Source of the DNA: Catajapyx aquilonaris
Taxonomy: Eukaryota
Direction of reading: 5' to 3'
Assembly (NCBI GenBank): GCA_000934665.2
Contig: JYFJ02003772.1
Coordinates: 1-37,771, forward strand
Length of the DNA stretch: 37,771 nt
Every line of letters starts with the position of its first letter. Within the stretch, counting starts at the first letter, position 1. The notes under the pieces are model-generated. The model ran no database searches. It was not told the origin of the DNA and was given only the letters and a program-made list of their open reading frames with translations. Position numbers and translations under genes: made by a program. Below, in pieces: positions 1-12,765 of this stretch.

Positions 1-149
1 TAGCGCACTATTTGAATTTCCCCACTTTGACCCCTCGCCCTAGGATTACCGTTCCGCGTAGCGAAAAACGGATTGCACCTTCGGATTCAGGATTTTTCTG
101 CCCGATTTTTAGAGCCAAACTTGTTTTTTTGAGTGGAGTGGCCCTTTAA
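1..149. mobile_element. Probable right end of a TTAA-targeting non-autonomous DNA transposon (Kolobok/piggyBac-like)
   Basis: Ends ...GAGTGGAGTGGCCCT followed by TTAA (146-149); the other end is not in the window. Confidence 0.35.
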
Positions 150-171
150 AATAGGTGCTTTTCAAACCCTG

Positions 172-340
172 CACGGAAAAGTAACTTAGTAACTTTCGTT
201 ACAAAGTTACTGTTTAAAGGTAACTAGTTACAAGTACTAGTTACTTGTGCACAAAAGTAACGAAGTTACCGGGAAAAGTACTCAAAAAGTAACTAGTTAC
301 TAGTAACGCGTTATTTCTACTCAGTTACTACCCAACTCTG
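172..340. mobile_element. Right part of an hAT-like MITE built of AGTAAC/GTTACT subterminal repeats
   Basis: Dense array of GTAAC/GTTAC motifs in both orientations, ending GTTACTACCCAACTCTG (hAT-like CAG terminus on the minus strand); left end absent. Confidence 0.6.
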
Positions 341-1529
341 CGATGTCCTTTCAAGAATATCATTTCTATGCTTTTCATTCGCTATTTTTCTGCTCTCATT
401 CTTTGCATGAACAACTTTAAAAGAGTCCTGATTGTTGATTTTCTTTCGATCGGTTGAGGTTGGAGTAAACTCCATCATAACTTTCCACAGAATGATGTAT
501 AGCTGTGAAACATTTTTATCCCGTCAATGGAGACACCCATTATTCACAGGAACGGGTGACACATTTGAGTGTATCGACTCTGTCAATCTTTCAATTTTTC
601 GGCTCAATTTTTCTCATACCTCGTGTCTTATTGAGTCAACCAATAGGTCGACTGAAGAAATATTTCTACGGATTTGACAATGGGATTGTTGCCATTAATT
701 TCTTTGCATCAGTAAAATCCCCATTCACACACCCCCCAAAAAATAGGACTACTCGCTGCAAGGTTTGATGTCTCCAGTCCTATTACACACAATCCCCATT
801 GTTGTCGTGGAGGCCTGCAGATGGGACGGCCGCAGTATAAAGGATAGGAAGAGTCAATAGTATAGCACTCGGTTGGATTGTAATGGGTCATTCCCCCCCC
901 NNNNNNNCCCCCCCCATTGAGCTGTAGGCAGCCTTAAGTCTCGGAGGTGACGTAAAGCTGACGACGAGTACCTTGACACTTGTGTCCCCCCTCCCCCCCA
1001 TCTAACCCTGACATGCTCTCCAAAAAACCGAGGACATTGCCATCGGTATAAATCACCGTGACTGAAGTGTCAAGGTCACAAGTTTTATTGTAACACACGA
1101 ATCCCAATTTTTGCTCGGATCCTAGGCTTGTTAGTTTAAATAGTCTACTTCAGCAAGTTTTAATTGGTCTTATTGTTAGTAACGTTAAAAAAATAATAAC
1201 TTGACTTTTTGTCGTAATACATTGTGTCGAAATATCGACATGTTATTGGCTTTCGAATTTAGGATTGACGAGCGCAACGTGATCACCAATAACAGCTATA
1301 AAATAGTGATAGATAGTTGTCTAGTTAAAAAAAACTAAATGCACATGACATATTGTACTTCTTTAGTCTGCGAATATTACATACTTCTCAGACATTCGTA
1401 ATTTAGGCTTAAAGTAGCGTCTTCATAATTTTACAGCTTGCAAGTTTTAAATAAGTTTATCAGGAAATTTTCTTCAAGTTACCTGTACCGTTTCACAAGA
1501 TTTTCTTCTAACATAATTATGGAAGGAGA

Positions 1530-2520
1530 AAATAATGATGAATCATCGAAATAGTACCGATATATCAGTCCCAATTTTGGCAATGTCATGTTACATGCCA
1601 AATGAAACTGCAAATATGTAATCTGCTTAGTCCATTTGACAAAAATGATCGTTATTATACCGTATTTTATTGATAAAATTTGGCAAACTTCAGGGTCAGT
1701 AACTTTAAATTTAATAGACATACAGCCTGATATTTTGGTTTTATTTCTTTGCACCCATAATAATCATTCAGTGAACCAAATTTTATTACAATATGAAATT
1801 GTCACTTTCAAATTGTAATAATTGTGACTTAATGTCGGTAATAATTACGAATTTATTGAAATGTCTGACATTGTACTTGTAACATTTAATGACATTAATT
1901 AGACACTATTAGAGAGTCCATAATGACTAACATGTCCCAGGTCGTTAATGTGCCGCAATTCACATAGCCCAGTTTAGTGCAAACAGTCAGTACACAGCAC
2001 CATTGCGTTTTAAAAACCAGGCGAATAGTAATCATCCACACTATATTGTCCATCAGTGTATCATCAGCAAACATCAGTTACACATATGGCTCAGAGAGTT
2101 GTCCAACTCTGATTTGCGACCCTCATTTGCAGAAAAATAATTGCCTCCAGCAGTTTACTCGCACAACGCGACGCCGTATAACCTTTGCCATTGAAATCAA
2201 TGGTTCCTTTTGTCAAAAAATGGTCCGGGCTCCTAAACCAAGCACACACAAACCTTTTGAATCGTAAACGAGGCTTTACTTCAATTGATTTCCAAATTTG
2301 TCGGAACAGTAGTGTGGGGCTTTAATTAAAACCCTGCAGGGTTCATTACAATCGGCACAATTAACATGCAAATTGCAGAAAAGCAGGGAACTACGGATCA
2401 ATCCTACTTTACCCTGAACCTTTAACCACACATCAGAAATGATCAGATAACAAAAGAAATGTTTGAAAAACAGATCCCAAGCTTCTCCTGCCATCTATCC
2501 GCAGCTTCAATGTTGGCTAT
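1530..2520 (-). pseudogene. Highly decayed CR1-like LINE reverse transcriptase fragment
   Basis: Minus-strand motifs in RT order with frameshifts and stops: LIVPI, IDF, YG..KLLEAIIFLQMR (2121-2156), IRVGQLSEP (2087-2113), MFADDTL (MFADD at 2060-2074), NDLG/VIMDS (~1913-1946), TDI-G-like remnant (~1551-1570). Confidence 0.5.
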
Positions 2521-3189
2521 ATGCACTTCCACCATCTAGGTACAAACCCCTCAACTCTTATTTACCAGCTAGTAGCGCCCATTTCAAATAGCAGCGTTAT
2601 TAATTTGGCTATCAAGGAGTTTACGTATGTAAATTGGATTTGTACAAACTGCACACAAAAGGTATGGCGAAATGACTTTCATTCTCCCGGAAATTGCGTC
2701 GTAATCCAAACCTCAGGTAAACATTAAAGCCGTTACACACAGTGTAACGTTTATTACTTCTGAGTGGGGGGAAACCTATGGAAATCGATCTGCTTGCATA
2801 ACGTTTATTTACTAAGTCTAAGGAACTCATTTGGTTAAGCTAACGAGGAAGGTGGTAGTCGGATGGAAAAATAAAAAACGGGAACACTTACCCTACTTTT
2901 TCATTTTTTTGTATTTTTCCTCCAATCATGTCGGGTCTGGGTAAAGAAGTCACCTTGAAATGTCATTACCACCTTCCAGACAACGCTTCTCATCGGAAAA
3001 GTGCTACCAAAGTTATTTCTGCCTCGGGTTTGAAACAATGGAGTGGGGGGATTGGATTTACGCAACAGCCAAGGGATTTTGAAGGTATTCCCTGCTAATG
3101 AGGTGTATCGGGTGTCCCTTAGGACGAATGGGGACTGGAGAGATGCGAATTAAGGTAAGGTAAGGTCAAATACCTGGAGTTTGATTTTG

Positions 3190-3430
3190 AGTAAATATTA
3201 TTGTCGAGTGTCCCTTGGGTACAAGTTTGGAGATGGTTCAACGGTCCTTCTGGAGAGATGTTCATAGTGTACTGATTCAGAAGAAAAAATATCGATCAAC
3301 ATGTTGATGTTAACCTTATTAGTCAGGTGCATGCACTTTTCATTGGGATTAAACTTCAAAACAACGTTAGGATACAAATTAGATCTGTGATTTCGTATAT
3401 GAGCAGATGGGCTGAAATTTTGTATCAAGT
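3190..3430 (-). pseudogene. Possible second decayed CR1-like RT fragment
   Basis: DTKF (~3416-3427) followed by LKFNPNEKCMHLTNK (3315-3359), resembling the post-YADD L.FNP.KC..MH motif. Confidence 0.3.
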
Positions 3431-5324
3431 TTGTCTGTTTTGATGTGGATACGAATGTATTTCGTCTGTAAACACGTCACTTCAAAGTATGTTAAGCAAC
3501 AGGGAAGAGGAACAGAGTCATAAAAGGTTGGACACATGCCATTGGACCACCGCAAAAAACAAGTTTGAATTTTGACATTTTCGCACTGAGGACTCAGCAT
3601 TCCTGAACATTACCTAACAGGTGCAGGTAATTTTTTTAAATATTTTGTTACGCAAAACATTAATTCCACCGATCATTTTTAATTATTCAAGATCGATACG
3701 TCCATGGGTGTATTTTTCACGTGGTATGCACTAGTGTAATGAGTTGTTCACGTGAGTTCAAGTACAGCAAAGCGAATTTGCACTTCCTGATTGGCTTCAT
3801 TGATAATTTTTTTAGAAACACTTGCTGATTTATCTAATATTTATCAACTGAAATATTTGAATGCATATAAATATTGTTATATGCATATACTTAGATAAAA
3901 CACATTAATTTCATACATTTTACATTTTATGATCAGCGTCCATTAACGAGAAGCAGCCATTTCCAAACAAAACAGCTCGTAAATTCATAGGTCCCTCCTA
4001 CGTGTTGTGGTGCAATCAGGAATATATAACGTTACGATTAGACGGATATAAAACATATAAATAGACACCAAACTGGTCCCAATTATATTTTTATTGCCAA
4101 AATAAATTACGACTTTCCCCCCCAATTTAAACGAAACCTAACACCCTCACAATGTTGCACGCGTAATATTAGCAGCATCCAAAATAGATCATGAAAGAGC
4201 GTGTCAATAATAGTCGCACAGAAATTTTTGAAAAATGAAAATGAACAATTAATTCCGCTTCACATGATTTATTCATATCATCCGATATTACTTTTTCACT
4301 TTCATTTTACCTACAGGGGACTAAATTTTTTTTATCACATGCCAACATTTTCAGATCCAAGGCTTCCTAGGGACGACCATCTTTTACGACCTGGCAACTG
4401 CGACCTCGCCATCTCCCAGGGCTATAATTTCGTCATTCCTCAGGCGGCCATAGTCGACTCTTGTTTTTTTTCCGCCTTAGACTATCGGTCCGTCGTTATC
4501 CGGGATCATCTTCCAGCTTCGGTATAGCACTTCCAGGTTAATACAATCGATCGGTTTCAAAGACAAATTGTTTCATGCTCCGCCCAAATTGCCCTCATGC
4601 ACTACCCCTGACCCTTGAAGGTCATGGTAATGCGCTTAGAATCTCAATGCAAAGCATGGGACTGGATCAGCCTCTGTTTTGCATAACACCTGGGCGCATG
4701 TGTGTCCATGTAAACAATGGCACTAGGTGAGTCAGAACGTCACATTTTTCTGTGACATACTGTCCAGCTCATGACTTGTCCTGCTAATTGCACTGTTAAT
4801 CGCAGAATCCTTTTAACTGTCAAGCTCCATAAATAACAAAACACAACCAATCGAAGTCTATCGTTACAAAATGTGTCACCAGATCACATTGTTTAAACAG
4901 CAGAATCCCACGCCACCTGCAATTAGCAACCTTGACAAAATAGCAACACTTCCAGCCTTGACACTAAAAAAAATAGCCAGCCTTGACCCTACACTCGACG
5001 AGTTTCAAACGTGTCGCAACTACGATAATTGACTAGACACGTGACGCTAGTTCTAGCCTAGAACAATTTTGGAAACAGGACTAAATGGATCCTGCATTAT
5101 CTCAGTAGCAAGAAGGGCCATAAATCTCCCTAGAATCATCTCCAACCGCGAAGATGTGACAGGAACCTGATAGCGCTGTGTATTTTCCGCTAAAATTCTG
5201 GGAGAGTCTAGCGCTGAAAAGAGCAGATTTGCAAAAATGAAGACGTGAACACTTCCTAACTTTCTAGACGAGACGGGCCATTATGAAAATATTAAATATT
5301 TTTAAGAAAAAAACACAAGTAGTT

Positions 5325-5461
5325 TAGTGGTGGAAATTAATAGCTATCCACAAGTATCGCCGCCTGGCGGAGCTTTTATTTTTACCTGAAGCAGGTTTAT
5401 GTTAAGAAAAAAGTTCCGCCAGGCGGCGATACTTGTGGATAGCTATTAATTTCTACTACTG
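5325..5461. mobile_element. 137-bp foldback MITE (Tc1/mariner-like)
   Basis: ~53-bp TIRs including a perfect 39-bp inverted repeat (5333-5371 vs 5415-5453); right end ...CTACTG followed by TA. Confidence 0.85.
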
Positions 5462-6924
5462 TACAATGCTTTGTTCGTATACCAGTTGCTGAAATATTAC
5501 AGTATTATTTATAATCATATCATTATTAATTTTAAATTGCAAAATTAATTACCGTCGTACAATTGTAAGATTTTGATAAAACTACCGATAGGGATATTAA
5601 TAGCCATTTACACACTTGATCTATACCAAAACTAGTTGTATTGATTCCAATGCTCCGCAATTTTGCAATATACGGTATTATGTTCATAAAAGATAAAACT
5701 ATTTTCAGCATAAGAATATACTGAGCCTGTATACGTAAAAAAGGACCATTGTTTTACGGTTCATAAATGGCCAAAATTAGTGATGGGCACGTTGTTTAGG
5801 ATTAAGCAAGAGTCACTTATGCATTGGACATTGTGTGCTGATTTGGTGCATACAAAATAAACTTTCCCTCGGGAACATCCACGCCCCCTTAGTCAAGATA
5901 TGAGGCTCGATAGTGAGTAAGGTCAGTTACAATATTTCGACGCAACAAAAGCACAAAAGGTATAATAAATCGACCAACCGTGTGATCCGAAATTGTCTCA
6001 TTGGGGAATCCTCCACACAATAAGTGATATACTACCAAAGCATTGTTCATCAACATATATCGCAATCTGACATTGTGACAGATTATTTTGGAAGACACCT
6101 AAAAAAAAGTGGGTCAAACCAATCTTGAAATCGATGACCTTTTCTTATAAGGAGTTAGATTTTGTGGGTCAGTCTCTTTTATTTGCACGATTTTCCTCAT
6201 TGCCTGTTTTTCCATCACAAATATTTTTTCTTCCCTTGGTAAAAAAAAAAACTCAATATGAGCGAAAATGAGACGCACTTCAGAGAGAAAGAGCTGGACT
6301 GTTATTGGCCATTCTTGGTTGGGTATTGCCACTTCTCTTTTTCCCAGGCCGTGCTTCCATTTTACGAGCGTCCTTTTAGCTGCCAGCTGAATATAAGCCG
6401 ATCCTGGACCTGTTGAATTAAATTCCCATCGTCAACAAGACCCGCGGTTGGTAACGAATAGCCATTGAAATACCATGGGCAACAATTTGGCCATTTCTTT
6501 CCCCCCCCCTCCTCCTCCCTTTGCGTTTAAACAGGAGGGGGGGTTGTGGGGACATAAAAAATTAAAGTCTAACAAGGCTACTGGTTACAAAGTTGCCAGG
6601 GTTCGATGACCTCGTGGAGCTTTAATGTTACGACATTTGAGACCGATACCATTTGCGATGGTAATGTGTGTTTTGGAGGAACGGACTTCAAAGAAGTGTA
6701 TGCGTCTGATTACGTAATCACAGGACACCCAAGAGTTACCCGGATCAGTCGAAAGGGAAGCAAAACACAGATTGCATAATATTGAGTCCAGTATTCGCTT
6801 AGTGCATGTAATATTTAAATTTAGAATTTAAATAAAAAGTAAAAGTAAAATTGCAATAATGCCTCAATGAGAACCGTGGAATAAATAGATAAATAGCAAA
6901 ACAAAAATTGAACATGGAAATAAA

Positions 6925-7149
6925 TCTATATAAAGCCGTTTGTGATCTGTCTGTCTGTCTGTCCGCCTGGAACGCCACCCGTCATTTGCCTGCCATCTGT
7001 GGTCCGCCTCATACACCTCAAACCTCTCTCGTCCTTCTGACCCGGATTTCCTTTAATTAAGATTCTTAATTACATGTATTGTTTTGCCTGTCCTTTTCAG
7101 CTTGCTTTCCATTCCTTTCTTCCCGAGCAACGCCGGGTATGACAGCTAG
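6925..7149 (+). mobile_element. Non-autonomous Helitron, 225 bp
   Basis: Inserted between A and T; 5' TC(TATATA); internal (TCTG)n microsatellite; 3' hairpin CCCGAGCAACGCCGGG (7122-7137); CTAG terminus 7146-7149. Confidence 0.88.
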
Positions 7150-10100
7150 TAAATACAGCAAACAAGTAAAAGCTTACAAATAATTTAAAAAATTTCAACC
7201 TAAAATTAATTACACTTACACACGTAGTGTTCCTAAGGGCGTGAATTTTGGCCATTATTTTTTTAAATATCGTAATTGAGTGATTATGCTAATAAATTGT
7301 ACACGTTCCTTATCAGATTAGCCACACCAATTAGTAATATTGCTTTCATCACATTGGCTATAATTATGACAGCTTCTGAGATATGATGACGTGTTTTCCG
7401 GCCATCTATTTGAATTTCATGCCCTGGAAAACAGATTGGGTTGGATGCGACTATAATAAAACCCCCCTACTCTGTTATAGCATGACTGACTTTTACAGCC
7501 TGCAAATGCCATCCCAATTCAGTCAGTCTAGTTAACAATAAAGCAACCGCAACAAACAAGTTCAACTGTAAAAAAACTTTTTTGTGGCTGAATAGAATTG
7601 AAAAAAAAGTTTTCACATTATAAACTTTGCCCTTTTTATATGCTCCCCCCCTTCCAGGTTTTATGAACAGGTACCTACACTTTTACTTTTGTGTGTAGGC
7701 GGATTTCAGTCCTGTTGATAAACATGCCAGCACCCAACCCGGTCTGATCAACGGCTCTTTTCTAACCGTACAAGACAAGTTCTATAAAATGTCCCTGGAA
7801 TACAAATTTTTCAAGTCCTACTTAGCTCCAACACTCACGTAAAAGATATTAGACCCTACCCCCCCACTCTATACCATTTTCCTTTTAGAAAAAAAAAAAA
7901 AGCAAATTCTCCACACGAAGTCCTTTTAATGCCAGGCCTGTATTAAGGGTCTCATAATGCGGTCTAGCTCTACTGAATCAAGACCCAGGGAGACACTTAT
8001 GGGTAGTGTTGCCTTATCAGAACCCGAGCTAGGTTGTGTACATTGCGTGTTTTTCAAGAGGGCCTGCGTGTTATGGAGGTAAAATATAAGCAAGTTTTTG
8101 CTATCGATACACCACCTTTGATCCCGCCCAGACGGTAATTGGAAATGTTTTTGACAAAAATTAATGGCCTTTTTTGGGATAAAAAATTCAATTATTTTGT
8201 TAAAGTTAAGCGATGTCTTTGGATATGACATTAAGGTGACCTTGATGTGTGGCAGGTATTAATGTTGAATAATATTTCTCAGAAATGGCTGCTTTTTGTG
8301 AAAATAAATGAAAGGCTTGTTTGGATAATGACCGAGTGATGATGGGACAGTCCTGTAAAATGGCCTGTACAGGATGGGTCACACTGCACATGGTCCCGGT
8401 GTATAATGACGGATCCTGTTTTCGCCAAATCCGACAATGAAAATTAATTACATACCTTCATACATTTTTATTTGACATTATGTACACGTATTGATGTACA
8501 GTGCATTCCGATGTACTATGGTGTAGTGTGGATGCTTATTACATTTTAGTTACTATTTATCGGCTATCATTGTGCTTTCTGGCGCATGCTATAAAATGAC
8601 GTAAACAACCGCGATTATGCGGTGGAATAAAAATGTTTAGTAATTGTTACGAAGGTTACTTAATTATACAGGGGAATTACCATGCAGGCAAACCTGTCAA
8701 CTTAGCCGGCCTAAGGAGTATGCATAAAAACAAAACAAACATTCAGCTTAGTGTTGACAGGGGCCTATTCATTAATCTTGGATTTTGCATTTGAAGATAT
8801 TTCAACCCAAAGGTGAAGTTTCTTGCTCGGAACCTTTATGAGTCACTTCTAACTACATATTATTAATGTGTAGTAGCATCATGTATGAAAAAAATAGCCA
8901 GTCTATGAAACCAAGGTCTGCTGCATGCACTGGAAATACCCAAATTCTCAGAAAATGTTGAGATCAAAATAGTTCCATTTATTCCAACACCTTTTTCTTT
9001 ATTTGTACTCACCTGGCACGTTTCTGACACCAACACGAATCGGTTACATTCCCCAAGTTCTCTAGTTCACACAGAACTCCTACTAATAACAATTAATTAG
9101 ACGTGAAGTACCCCATTCACGTCCCCTCTCCCCGTAATACTCCCCCATTCTCCGAATTCTGCGCAATCCTATAATGTCCTACAAAGGGAGGCCGATTAAA
9201 ATACCCGAAATACCCTGCAATCACCGCCTAAAATTTATACACTATAAAAAAAACTAGTGTCCTCAAATAGAACTCCTATGACGTCAGAAGGTCTGATGTC
9301 TTCGATCATTTACTATGGAGGGGCAAGAGCAAGCCCGCCTTTTCGAGTGGGAAGCCATTGAGAAGACATGTCCACCATATTATGCAGGCACTTCCTTAGC
9401 TGGCCAAGCGTGAAAACGAGCTTCTTGAAGGAAAAGAAAAACCAGCCTGGCATTTTTTTTATGCGGCTCTTTGTTCTTTGGTTGGATGGCGCCAAAAGTG
9501 GCGCATGCGCTTTAGTCTGGCAGTAGTTGAGAGGATAAGCGGGGTTTCTTCTTGGGACACTAGTCGGAAGCTATCGTCGACGCTTGAGGTTTCACCCAAC
9601 CGTCGCTCCTGAAGGATTACGAAAGGTAAAGTACACAGTGTTATGAAACGGAAGGTCAAACATTCATTAATTGCATGATTATAGGTTGCGATATTAGATA
9701 ATATTGTAGGGTGTAATTGAAATGCTAATAGCAATTCAGCCGGTTGCTGTAATATGTAATTGTAGTTTTAAATATCACGTGAATATCAAGGGCAGGCGTG
9801 TTTCAAGGGCGTTAATTACTTTATAACAGTTCGATATATAGCAGTTCAACATGGTGACGTCATGAAGATTGATTCATTGTCTCTCTGGTTATATCAGAAA
9901 CTGAATCTTTAATCCGCGTTCACAGACTTTCCTTTATGAGCTCGTTAATTGGTATGTAAAGGCACTCGCGGCTGATAATTAGCATCCGCATATCTAATTT
10001 CCGGCCGGGTTCGGTTTACCCAACGGAGTTTTAATTCTGGGCTATTTTGTACCGCGTAATTGTATCTGCGAACACGGACACTTAAAAAAAATAAGTGTGA

Positions 10101-12473
10101 GCCACTTCCATTAATTGTAACGCCTTCTAATCAATTCAGGTCATCCACCCTGTAATTTCTTAGAAATATGAACTCTATAGTTATCAATAATGTTTATAAG
10201 ATATGCAGGAAGGGGAATACTATAGTGCGTCGTAGAGTGTGGCCGGTTTATACCCACACCAGCTATTCACACCAATGCAGATAGTAAATCCCAGATTGCC
10301 CTTGACCTAAGCACAAGTGTACATTCAATCTTGCTTCAAAACCACCAAGCACGCCCCTCGGATGCTCCTGAAAATTAGCTTTAATCCGACCTCACCAAAA
10401 CATCTGAACTTTCAGAGACGATTCAATATGGCGGCGGGATAATTATGTTACTTTTTTAAAGTTTTCAGCACTAATCGACTGGGCGTATCTGACCCTTTTC
10501 CAGAGAGGCGCAGACTTTCCCCTGAGGGTCATCGACTGACCAGTGCGATGATCTATCACCAATGCTTGGATTCCTGTCGCAAACAACAACAACGGTCCTG
10601 TTGGATGTAAAAGCGACGATATAGCCCTCTGGCGATCACGTGGTCAGGCCTGGCACGCTTGGGCGACATCTACCCCCATTTTCTTCTCAAGACCCCGAGT
10701 GAAGTGTTGAACTTGATCGAGCCTGACTTGGATGTAATGGGCCTGTCGTCTCATGGTCAGTGAGTGACACTTTTGGTGACACTTGGAACGAAACGACTTC
10801 TTGCCGTCTGCAATTGGATGGTGAGTTATAGAATGTAATTAGTGTTAATCACTCTCAGTGTTTAATTAGGGAATGCATCGGATGCGTTAATAATTGGCAA
10901 ACATTGTTTCGAGATGTCAGCAACATCCGGGGAAGTTTACACTGAAGATTTGACCTGTCACGAACCCCGATGATTGATGGTTGCGAATTTAAGCTTGCCA
11001 TCTTGTCAAGCGGCAAAACGGTATTGACAGATGGGATATCTTTGCACGTGTGCATCAATAATACTTCCGGTCGTAATCGTGCTGCCATCGGAAAGCAAGT
11101 GCAGAAGTAATGAGTGTAACAGCCTTGTACACGATGCTTATCCCTATATGTTGCTAAGTTGAGAACTAATGATAAGGTCAAGGTCCTGAACACAATGAAT
11201 GTAGTAAGAAGTAATGGGGAAAAAAATTTGAAGTTCAATGTCCATTATCGGATTCTCGTTAGTGTCAATAGGTCACGTGATATTAGTCTAGCTTTGGCTA
11301 ATTAAAACATGCTTAAAGTTATATATCAGCGGGATTGGTAAACAGCGTAATGAACTGTACCAAAAGTATCGGGAAAAAATATGGACACCTTCCAGTAAAT
11401 ATCTTTAAATAGTTGGCTGGAATGTGACCAGATGGTAATTACTATAGAGGGAATGGTATATTAACCCACTTTTTTTCTATTTTCATCCCCTCTTGGAATC
11501 TTAATACCTAATTAGCATACGGAAGATATTAAGAAGGACATTACTTTTGGTTTACTCATGAATGTAAATGAATGGTAATTTGCTGTTCAGCGTTTGTTAT
11601 TTAGCCAAAATTCAGAAATATAAAACCTTATCTATTTTTATACCTGATATGTGCCTACATTTTTAACATCTTGTTATATGTATTTAAAAAAATTATCATG
11701 CCGATGTTTATTTATAGCGATTATTTTATATCCCATCGATACCTCGACTTTGAATAACAATAACTACTATCACTGTGCAATACATTGCATACATACCACA
11801 AATCTTTCTACATTAAACACGTTCAGTTCTTTTGACTAAATATGAGTGGTTTTTAGAACAAATTGACATTAACTATTGATCGACGCTATTCAGTCTAATT
11901 CCCACAATTCCCTGTTCTGAGCTAATTACCTTTTTACATGTAATTACAATTTGCCAGAATTTCGATGAATTGTTCAATTTCAACAGCCTTACGCAACCCT
12001 TTTGTCCGGCGCAATACAATGCAGCTTTTCTACCCAAACTATATCTGCAAAAGAAATTTGAAGGACCAGCATTTCTCCTGACAGAAAAGTAAACCGAGTT
12101 CAATGAAGCGAATATTGCATTTCGGCATCTTTCATCCGTCCCCCCTTAGGCCTTTGGTAAACTTTTATTTCTTTCCATCGCGTGAATCCATTTAGACCCA
12201 TTTATATTCCACCAACTTGTGTATTCGTTAAAGAGGGTCAAGAAAAGATGGATCCTAACAAGACCTCCATTTTTAATCCACAGGGCCAACCATATAAAAA
12301 AAACTTTATTCGATATTTTTATTCCGTACAATATTTTTCACTCGATATCCTTTATCTCCCTGACCTCTTACGTGCAAGGAAACAGTTTTGAGATTCCCCA
12401 TAAGTACAGTGCAAGTCATCAGGTCCGGATGATTTCACACTGGTTGCACAACATGCGTCGCAGTAAAATCGCT

Positions 12474-12765
12474 ATGGAAACCGCCTCCATTTCTACAGCT
12501 CCTTTTCTCTTCACCACCGTCTGTATATATATTCAATTCGGACACGTGTCTCCGTTTTGGTTGAGTCCAGCTGAATGCGTCCGCAACCGTCTCTGGGTCT
12601 ATTGTCGCAGTCGTAATCGGATTTACACATTTCCGCAGTTCAGGAAAATTGTCCTCAGTCGAGGTAGCTTATACAAATTGGATGCCATTTTTATTCCAAT
12701 CGCTGCAAGTCGGAACTGCCTAACCTTTTAAAGGAGTTATCTTCATTTTGAATATAAAAAAAAGT
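12474..12765 (-). pseudogene. Decayed Tc1/mariner (maT/DD37D-like) transposase C-terminal fragment
   Basis: Minus strand IQNED...GSSDLQRLE*KW (cf. FI..EDWPS.SPDLNPLDY.LW), PELRKC, IDPETVADAFSW, CRNGGGFH (cf. C....GGHF) in colinear order. Confidence 0.45.

Noticed and set aside
172..340. Repeat array as CRISPR-like
   Set aside because: Short motifs in both orientations, no regular spacers, eukaryotic context; explained as hAT subterminal repeats.
341..740. Minus-strand stretch that looks like decayed coding sequence
   Set aside because: Several stops and no motif I can assign to a family.
4420..4445. Minus-strand CTGAGGA...GAAA hammerhead-like core
   Set aside because: No stem II or stem III pairing can be formed.
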